A stretch of DNA of 64,000 bases from Obrimoposthia wandeli (taxonomy: Eukaryota), in assembly GCA_977020255.1 (NCBI GenBank), contig CDROCS010001270.1, positions 372,001-436,000 on the forward strand, in the 5' to 3' direction. Both the position numbers and the translations under genes were made by a program. The stretch's first letter is position 1, and each line of letters opens with the position of its first letter. Positions 50,333 through 59,777 of the stretch are shown piece by piece. The notes beneath the pieces were generated by a model, which was given only the letters and a program-made list of their open reading frames with translations, was not told where the DNA came from and ran no database searches.

Positions 50333-51464
50333 TTTTACCGAGTAATAGTTGTCCGAAAACTCAACCTAATAATATGGCTTCATTATTCACTGTAGATTGG
50401 GAGAATCCAATTACGTTAAATGGTAAATGGGAGGCGGCATTAACTGAATTTACGTACACAAACACTCCTGTTATTTTAAATAAGGGCAGTGAAATTAATT
50501 ATTCTATTAAATTCTCCAATCAACAGACTGATCAAATATCTTTATCAGTAATTCATACTCAAGTAGAAGTAGAAAAGAAAGAACCGCAATTGCATGGTGA
50601 TAAATCAGAACCAAAAGTTATTAAAAAGACAATTAATAAAATATCAAAACTCACCGTCACGTCTAAAGATAAGATTGCAAAGCTTTCTATTTCCTTAAGC
50701 ACAGTTGGTGTAGGTATTGATAAAAGGATAATGTTGTACTAATAAAATCCGTCAACAACAAAAAATTCTATATCAAGATGGATGCTGACGCTAAAAATGA
50801 ATTAGGATTCATTTTCAATACATTAACTTCAGAAGGTTTCGAATCTGATGATAAAGGAGTTTTACTTGGATCAACGTCTATCAGACCTGATTGCAGTGCA
50901 CATAATTTACAATATATGCATTATAAAACCGGTTCATACAACAAGAAAATTGTATTTACAGAAGATTTAAATAATAATAATGTAAATGCATTAGTAGCAT
51001 ACATTAAATCTAAATGCGACGTCATATTTAAAAGATTTTATATTGATGATAATGATAAGCTAATAAAATTTGTATTAAAGAATGGAATTGAGCATATTGG
51101 ATTTGATCAACGTTTAATGTATGTATTAGGGTTAGATAAATCACGATTTACGGGCAACGGGTCTGGACTACCTCGATTAAATTACGAGTTTGATCACATG
51201 TACTTGTATTCTAGTCTGTGTGAACCTGTAAACGTTGGAGGTCAAATGATACCCTTATTAAAATCTATATGGTTAGATAAAAATAAAGCACCAGGAGACA
51301 CGGTTAATATCGCAATATACAGACCCATGTATATCCCTTTAGCATCAAATGTAATCTCAAACATTGAAATTAATATTAGAAACGATGCAGGTGTTCCAAT
51401 AAGTTTTTCCAACAATGCAAAAGTATCCCTTACCATACATGTCCGTTGTATAGATCAGGTATAA
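50296..51464 (+). pseudogene. Minor capsid (penton/PX) protein; -1 frameshift at ~50721-50740
   Basis: DFYMILPSNS...GKWEAALTEFTY N-terminus; MYLYSSLCEPVNVG..PLLKSI..YIPL..IEINIRND.G C-terminus. Confidence 0.88.
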
Positions 51465-51500
51465 ACAATCTGTATTCAAAAATAGTTGTCCATTACAGTT

Positions 51501-51898
51501 ATGAATATAATTGAGACATTTAGTGGGCCTCAACAAGGTGGTGAATTACCATATTTTGTAGGTAAACAGTACGGTTCGGGATGGTTGAAAACATTGGGGC
51601 GGTTAGCATTCCCTATACTGAAAAGATTAGGCCGTGTTGGAGTTAAAACAGTTCAAGATGTAGTAATGAACAACAAATCTGTGTTAAACAACATGCACTA
51701 GGGGAAGTTGCCGGAGCCATACCAGAGGCTAAGGAAGCTTTTGGTACTGTTGTTAAAATTATTAAAAATCGACGTAAACGTAAAGCAAGTGAAGCAGCAC
51801 AAACGGTTGAACCCGAAACTAAAAAGCAAGAGGGTAGTGGTAGAAAGAAAGCATCTAGTATAAACAAACGAAGAAAACAAGGTACTATATTTGCTTAA
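51501..51898 (+). pseudogene. Core (pVII-like) protein; frameshift at ~51690
   Basis: QQGGELPYF.GKQYGSGWLKTLGR.AFPIL; alternate frame ALGEVAG...RRKRKAS...QEGSGRKK...KRRKQGTIFA*. Confidence 0.75.
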
Positions 51899-51900
51899 TA

Positions 51901-52919
51901 ATGGCTTGTGGTAAATCTGAATTATGTATTTTTGATCGAGCTTTGCCCCAGGTAGTTGTAAGTAATGGTAGCTTTGACAATGAATAACAATGAATAATAC
52001 TGTAGTAGAAACCCATCCTCAATATGCACAAAAAGCTATGATTGAAACCATACTAAACTATAGCACAGACACTAAAGACACTTGTTTGTCGAGTATAGGT
52101 TATGATGATGATGATGATAAGCGTAAAGGTTGGGCTGCTCGCTCAAAAGAAATTGACTTGTGTGGGACTCTTCGATCAGATATTTTTGAGCAACCAAAGT
52201 ATCTCTTACCTGGTGTGTCTATCATGGTAAGACTTGTACCTAATAAATCTATGTTTTGTCTGAACTACGGAACGACTCTAGCGCGAATCATATTTATTGA
52301 AGCTAAACTTAAAGTCAGCAGAGTCAGAGTTGAGAATGATGTTTAAATGGGACATAATATTGGTCTTGAATCTAGGAATGCTGTATATCCCTATACTCGC
52401 AGAAAGCTAATGTATCATACCTTAGCCATCGGTTCTACGAGTTTTTACAAGGATCAAGTGTTTGATGATGAACAATTGCCTAAATTTGTGTTGATTACGT
52501 TGCAAGCAGGTGAAAAACTTATCGGTAATGGTGCTACAGACTCTTCAACATTCGATCATTCTAATGTTAACACTATCAGTCTTGCTAGAAACAGTGATTT
52601 TAACGAATCTTACAGTACAAACTTTGAAACAGGTGAAACCACCTTTGCATATGTCCAATCTATCATTAGAAATATGGGTAATTTGGATAAGAATATAAAC
52701 AATGGCGTATCACTGGATGAATTCAAAACCAAATATCCATTTTTCACGTTTGTTTTAGCCCCTGACTTTGATATCACGCAAAACCAATTAGCAAAACAGG
52801 GTAATTTACGCCTTGACATCAAGTTTCACAAGTCATTAACAGTCCCAACAAACGTACTGATTTACGGGATTTTTGATTCTGAGTTTGAAATAACTAAAGG
52901 CCGACGTGTGATTGTATGA
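51901..52919 (+). pseudogene. Major capsid protein (PY/hexon-like); internal deletion and nonsense codon
   Basis: MACGKSELCIFD start; break at 51985-51990; Y..KAMIETILNYS, DIFEQPKYLLPGV; in-frame TAA 52344-52346; LPKFV, FDHSNV, GNLRLDIKF...VLIYG. Confidence 0.9.
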
Positions 52920-53296
52920 AGTGAGTTTTTAATTTATGTTTTAAGATTTTATTAATCCAAAGTACTGTTCAGGTGAATGAAATAACTAGTTTGCTGCTCG
53001 GACCGCGATTTAAGGGTGTATACCCGTTGGAAAAAATCCCAACATTAACGCCTGGGGGATATATTGTCAATACACATACCTCAAATCTTCCTGGAGAACA
53101 CTGGATTGCGTTATTCGTGAGACGGAATTCTGTACATGTGTATGACCCTCTTGGAGTATACTATCCGGGAAAACTTATCAAGCATGTAGAGTCTCAAGGA
53201 AAACATGTATATTACAACAAAATTCGTTCTCAAAACCCACTGACTACTAATTGCGGTCCACTATGTATCTTATGGTTGTATGATCAAACTATATAA
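52916..53296 (+). CDS. Adenain-like cysteine protease, 2 exons (52916-52920, 52963-53296)
   Basis: Catalytic H/D/C motifs GEHW, YDPLG, Q...CG. A 42-nt GTGAGT...AAAG intron gives MNTVQVNEIT; the ATG overlaps the MCP stop codon. Confidence 0.88.
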
Positions 53297-53681
53297 ATGT
53301 CTGTTTTTTATTTGTGTTGATTGGTAATAAAATTTGTATTCAAAATTGTATTTGTTTTATAAATAGCTGCCCCATTGAAATTTAAAAATTTTATTTTGAG
53401 TTTTGATAAATTAAAAAATAGATTTAAAATCTACTAATTAAGAAAAAATTAATGGTGTTAATTATTTTTTAAAATTTAAACTCTAACGGTGTGAATATCG
53501 GTTATGAAAAATTCATAATTGATTGACCGTAATTAACCTTTATGATCACGTGTGTAGCAACTAGGGAATAAAGAGTCTTTATTACGCATTCCTAGTTTGT
53601 AAGTACACACGTGATGTGTGACGTGTACATCTAGGGCAGCAACTACACTGATTGTGAACCATATATAAACAATCAGTGTAG

Positions 53682-56600
53682 ATGCATTCATCAATTTTAT
53701 CGCTATTATCAAAAGTAAGTATTTTGATTTTATTTTAATTTTATTTAATTTTATTTCTTTAGATGTCAAAAATTATTTTTGCCCGAAATGGAAAGAAAAT
53801 ATGGACCATAAAGCCTCCTTTAGTCGATATGGATGATGATGTCGACTTGGATGCGACACCGGTTAAAAAAGTAATTTGTTTTATTAGTATTTTTAATTTA
53901 ATTTTCATTTAGCCCAGTGTCACAACAACACCAATATCGATTGCACCATGGATTGCGGATGATGCTACTAAGAAAATAAGAAGAAAACAGAAGATGCCGA
54001 CAACATATGATGAGGATAATGATGATAAGAAGAATCCAAAAGTTTTTTTATCTCTTGAGAAATCTTCTCAACTTCCTTCTTCTTCTTCATCTTATTCTCA
54101 TTCTCATTCTCATGTTTTGTCTCCATATGACGATCATTTATATAAACTTTTTGGGGATATAAGGGATATAAAATCTTATTCTCCCGACTGCGATAGCTGC
54201 CCGGTAACGCGGGGCAGTCTAACTCCTGGAATGGGGTCGCAGAATAAGTTAATTAAATCAAGAGGTTACCCCTTACTTTTTAAACCAGGAACACCTGTTG
54301 GGTCACCTGTTAATTCAGTAGAAAATTTCGACGTAAATGAAATATACTCGGGTTTTGAAAATATCCCGTTTAAAAAATATTTTAACCAGTTAAAGAAAGC
54401 TAAAAATCAAAATATTGATTTAAGTAAACTTAAAACAGAAGGTAGGAAAGGTAAAAGATTTCGTCAGAAGCTGCGTAGATTGAGAAAACTACCAGCAGAC
54501 ATAACAATATTTGCAAATTTATTAGGGTCTTGCAAACCCATTAATATTAGTCCAGGTCTGAAAATTACAGATCTGGCAAATAAATTATATAAAGTCTTTG
54601 AGACTGATCAAATTTATTTTAACCGTAATGGCATGCCCTTTGAAAGGGAAGCTATTATCGGTGATGTTTTACATGAGGGGCTATTATCCATGTATACCCT
54701 AAACTTCGTGGAGGAAGTAACTTATGTACATTGTACAAGTATTGCACAAACGTTAATCATGGAATAGAATGTCATAGTGTAATGCTTAAATATTATAAAT
54801 TTAAAAGCGGTTTTATTTGTCCACATTGTGATGTGTTATATTGTATTGACTATCAAACATTTTATAACAATCATAAGGATCATCTGACGTATTTTAAGTC
54901 TAAAAAGTCAGCATACAAACGTAAAGTAATGAGAGTACCAACAATATACAACAATAAAATAGCAAAAACTAATAATTTTAATGAAGAGTTTGATGTGGTA
55001 GACTCGTGGGAACCGGATAGTGTTGTAGAAATTGATACTTATCCTGAAGTTGTAGAAATTATTGAGCCTTTAAGCCCTAATGAAATCTTAAATAATAATA
55101 ATATTGATGAACTTATAGATCAGGACGAGTTTATAACAGAAAATGATTTTTTCGACTCACTCCTAACTATTACGGATGATGACTTTGATAATATTGTTAC
55201 AATTAATTCAGATAATACATTAACTTTTAACAATCAAATAGGAGGTGCAATTCAATCAAACCTTGTTTTTGATGTTAGTGGATTAAACATGCTTAAACTA
55301 TACATTAACGATACTATGCTAACTGAACTTACTAGCAGTATAGATGTGTTTGGTCCCTGTAAAATACAGTTTGGTGTTGAAACCGAATTTGTCAATAACG
55401 AGGGTCAACATAAAACATGGCATGTAAGCTGTAAAGCAAATATTTTTGAACAAGATTTTATCACTACAAGAACAGTTGAGCTCAACAATAAAATTGAAAT
55501 TTATAAGGATATGAGTTCGGGATGGTCAGTATTTAAAATTCTGTTGGTATCCTTTAAATTTACTGCACTTTCAAACGTAGCAGGATCATCATCTATAAAA
55601 ACCCCGGTTGCGCTTGCTAAAACACTATCTATAGTGAACGTAAATAATACTGATGATCAGTGTTTTAAATACGCTGTTCTCAGTATCCTACACTATAAAG
55701 ATTTCAATCGAAACAGACAAAGAGTTGAAAACTATAATGATTATTTAAATGAACTTATATGTGAGCCTGGTCCTATGAGGATAGACGGCATCAAGGCGTT
55801 TGAAAAACTCAATAATATAGCGATAACAGTATTCTCCTATAAACCTACAAAGGTAGAGCCTCATAGTAGTCATCTAGTGTTTAAAAACCCAGATGTTAAT
55901 GTTATTTATAGAACGAGTCTTAAACAGTGCGAAAAAGTAGTAAACTTGTTGCTGTTGGAACAGAGCGGTAATTATCACTATACAGGGATAACAAACCTGA
56001 ATAGACTTTTAAATACTCAAAAATATAATGTGCGTCTCTTTTGGTGTGAGAAATGTCTTTTTGGATTTCGAACCACGATTTCATATGACAAACACAGGGC
56101 ACATTGTAATATTAATACAGATTTAACAACCTTGTTTACAATGCCCAAAGAGATCAAGTGTCAATTTTCCGACTGGTCTAAATCTATTGCGCCACCATTT
56201 GTTGTATATGCCGACTTTGAGTCAATACTCGAGCCACATAATACTTTCAAACATATTCATAAACCAATATCTATAGGGATGATTTTGAAAAACAACACTA
56301 ATAATTCAATACAATATTTCAGTTATTACGGTCTGCAGTGTGCTAAAAACTTTGTAGATAAATTAACTGAGTTGATAAATGGTGAAGTGGCAGATTTTTG
56401 GGTAAATAGTATTAATGTTCCTATGGTTTTTACTAATAATGACATGTTGAACTTTAGAGATTGCACTAATTGCTATCTTTGTAAAAAATTAAACGATCGT
56501 ATGGTTAGAGATCATGATCATATCACGGGTAAATACTTGGGTGCGGCATGCAACAAATGCAATTTAAGTCGCAAGTTTGCAAAGAGACCGGTTTTACCTG

Positions 56601-58526
56601 TGGTGTTTCAAACCTTATGGGTTATGACATACATCATATTTTAAAATATGCCGACTTGAAAGGTAAATCCTTTTCAATTATCCCTAAATCAAGTGAAAAG
56701 TTCATGTCCCTCCGTATAGAGATGAAGAGGGGGACATTGAAATTCATTGATTCATACCTTTTACAACGTCAAGTCTTGAATCCTTAGTTTCATACTTGCC
56801 AAGTTGTCCTTATACTACACAATACCTAAACCCTAATATTGCAACAAGTAAGGCGGTATTTCCGTATGAATATATTAGTGGTGTTGATAGGCTTATGGAG
56901 ACGCAGTTACCCGCTAAATCTGAGTTTCCTTCTCGAGTCACTGATCAACAATATAATGAAGCCCTAATGATGTGGACCGTATTAGGGTGTAATACTATTA
57001 AAGACTACATGCTTGAGTATATGAAACTTGACGTGTATCTCTTATGTGATGTTTTTGAGGCCTTTAGACAGAAAGTAAGGGATGATGATAATCTAGAGGC
57101 GCTCAATTTCTTTAGTATCCCTGGTCTCAGTTGGGCTAGCGCATTAAAAACATTAGAGTATGATGTGGATTTATTGCATGATCCCGAAATGTATAACATG
57201 TTTGAGGCAGGGATACGGGGAGGGATGACTTTCATCAACAAACATTACGTTAAAACAACAGATGAAACATTCCTTCTATATATTGACATAAATAACTTAT
57301 ATGGTTGGGCCTTGAGTCAACCGTTACCACATACAGATTTTACATGGGTATATGACGGTTTTGAAGCGATAATTGAGCTTATAACTGAGAGGGATATTCA
57401 CGGTAATATGCAGGACTTGAGTCTTAAAGAACATGGATACTTGTTGGAAATTGATTTAGGCATACCCATCAGTATTCATAATAAACTTGATGACTTACCG
57501 ATTGCGCCTAATAGAGAAATCCCTCCCGGCTCAAAAGCTTCAAAGCTGTTGATGACCCATGAGGATAAAAATAATTACATCATACACTCACAACTACTAC
57601 AATTTTACTTGTTTCTGGGTGCAGAAATTAAACAAGTGCATAGAGCAATAAAGTTTCATCAAGCTCCTATATTTAAAACATATATTGATATCAATAGCCG
57701 GAAACGGGCAGAGGGTACTACTACATTTGATAAAGAGTTTTATAAACTCAAAAATAATTCAATATATGGTAAGACAGTGGAAAATCTTAAAAAGCGTAAA
57801 GATATCCGTCTTACCAAGAATGATCGTCAGTTTACTAAACTTGTTTCAAGCCCCTGGTTTAAGAAGCATACCCAAATAACCGACAATCTCAATCTTTTAT
57901 TTATGCAAAAGAAAGAAATTTGTCTGGATCGACCATCATATATTGGTCAAGCTGTGTTGGACTTATCTAAACTACGTATGTACCAACTACAGTATAGTGA
58001 TCTTGACCGGTATCGTAAGCAATATCATTGTGATATCAACATAGTTGCAATGGATACAGACTCGTTTTTCTTAGAGTGTAAGCATATAGATAAAGATGTC
58101 CTCTTAAAACAAATGATTAAAGATCAGATGTTAGATACAAGTAATTACCCGATCACACATGAGTTATTTAACGATTCTCATCGAAATGTGATTGGAAAGT
58201 TTAAAGATGAAAGCAAGGGGACAGTGCTTTATGATGAATGGGTATTTCTGAAACCTAAATGCTACTCATTGAAAACGAGTATGAGGGCTAAGGGTATCTC
58301 CCTTAAACAAACCGAAATCAGACATGAGCATTACATAAAGTGTTATGTTGATGATGAAATTATAACTGCCGGTCAGACACGTATTTTATCTCGCAATCAT
58401 CAATTATTTACAATGTATAATGATAAAATTGCGTTAAGGTGTTATGACGATAAAAGGGTTTGGCTTGAGAAAAACAAATCCGTCGCATATGGACACTATA
58501 GTCTAAAATCTGGGGTAACCTCTTGA
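53682..58526 (+). pseudogene. Protein-primed DNA polymerase B polyprotein (5' spliced; UBL-LRGG, ZnF, TP-like, EndoVII-like, exo, pol); three -1 frameshifts
   Basis: Introns 53715-53762 and 53871-53912; shifts at ~54678, ~56610, ~56760; YADFES, NLMGYD, VRDHDH..G..CNKCN, YIDINNLYG, KLKNNSIYGK, MDTDS, FLKPKCY, KGIS. Confidence 0.95.
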
Positions 58527-58691
58527 AAGTATTAACTAATATCCTCTTATTTTTAATGTGATAGTATGTATCTTTTTAATGCAATAGTATGTATATATTT
58601 TTAATGCTATAGTATGTATATATTTTTATTGATGTTAATTTTTAATACATTGTATGTATCATAACCATGTCTTGACTTCCTACTAGCTACT

Positions 58692-58742
58692 CATTGGATA
58701 ATTTCATTGGATAATTTCATTGGATAATTTCATTGGATAATT
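58692..58742. repeat. 14-bp tandem x4 carrying ATTGG (reverse CCAAT) boxes
   Basis: (TCATTGGATAATT)n, ~60 nt upstream of ATG 58802; a ~27-bp x3 repeat also lies at ~58552-58627. Confidence 0.8.
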
Positions 58743-58801
58743 TTAACAAATTCTCTATAAATATAAACACATTTCAATCAACCAATTTCTCATTATTTCA
58801 A

Positions 58802-59044
58802 ATGACTACTTCTAAAGAAAAATTGCAAGCTCTCTATGATAACCTGAGCCCTACCTTGATGGCCCAGTATACTGAAAAGTACTTTAGCTTATTTGTTGCA
58901 CCAGAACTTTTTGTCTCAAGGATTGAAGAACTTTATATGTATCACCTGTTTAATGGAGACTTTAAACCTAAAGTTGCAACAATCATTAAAATAGAAGAAG
59001 AAGAAGAAAGCATGGATTGTGACAATGAATATAATTATGTATAA
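58802..59044 (+). CDS. Hypothetical 80-aa acidic-tailed protein
   Basis: MTTSKEKLQALYDNL...EEEEESMDCDNEYNYV*; no family recognised. Confidence 0.5.
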   Translation: MTTSKEKLQALYDNLSPTLMAQYTEKYFSLFVAPELFVSRIEELYMYHLFNGDFKPKVATIIKIEEEEESMDCDNEYNYV

Positions 59045-59069
59045 ACATAGACTTTTTTTTTTTACTAAA

Positions 59070-59777
59070 CTCTTACTATAAACAATAACTTTTCTTATGA
59101 TAAAACTGCGATAGCTGTCCGGTTATGCGGGGCAGTCTAACTCCTGGAATGAGGTCGCAGTACTAAGTAAATTAAATAGTTGCAAATAAAAATTTGGGAC
59201 GGTCAATTATGTTTAATTTCAAAATTAAATTTTTTNNNNNNNNNNNNNNNNNNNNNNNNNNNNNNNNNNNNNNNNNNNNNNNNNNNNNNNNNNNNNNNNN
59301 NNNNNNNNNNNNNNNNNNNNNNNNNNNNNNNNNNNNNNNNNNNNNNNNNNNNNNNNNNNNNNNNNNNNNNNNNNNNNNNNNNNNNNNNNNNNNNNNNNNN
59401 NNNNNNNNNNNNNNNNNNNNNNNNNNNNNNNNNNNNNNNNNNNNNNNNNNNNNNNNNNNNNNNNNNNNNNNNNTTTTTGAATTTTAAGTTTTTTAATTTT
59501 AAGTTTTTGAAATTTGAAATTTTTAAACTATATACAAATGTTACAAAATATTAACCTACATAATCGTAAGTGACGCATAAGTCCAAACAAATTTCGAGAC
59601 GTAAAGTGTCGGTTCTAAAACAATAGCACACAAAGCCCCCCCCCCCGAACAAGGCACAAGGAACAAAGCACATCTGTATGACTAATCAAATTTCAGATGT
59701 GCTTTGTTCCTTGTGCCTTGTTCGGGGGGGGGGGGGCTTTGTGTGCTATTGTTTTAGAACCGACACTTTACACTTCT
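59070..59777. repeat. Right TIR (N gap 59236-59473), with terminal hairpin 59601-59771
   Basis: Inverted copy of the left TIR; loop TATGACTAATCAAATTT (59677-59693). Confidence 0.95.

Larger units (their letters stand above)
44488..59777 (+). mobile_element. Maverick/Polinton (adintovirus-like) element 2, complete
   Basis: Termini AGAAGTGT...ACACTTCT; 6-bp TSD AAGACA (44482-44487, 59778-59783); TIRs; ATPase, integrase, penton, MCP, protease and pPolB. Confidence 0.98.
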
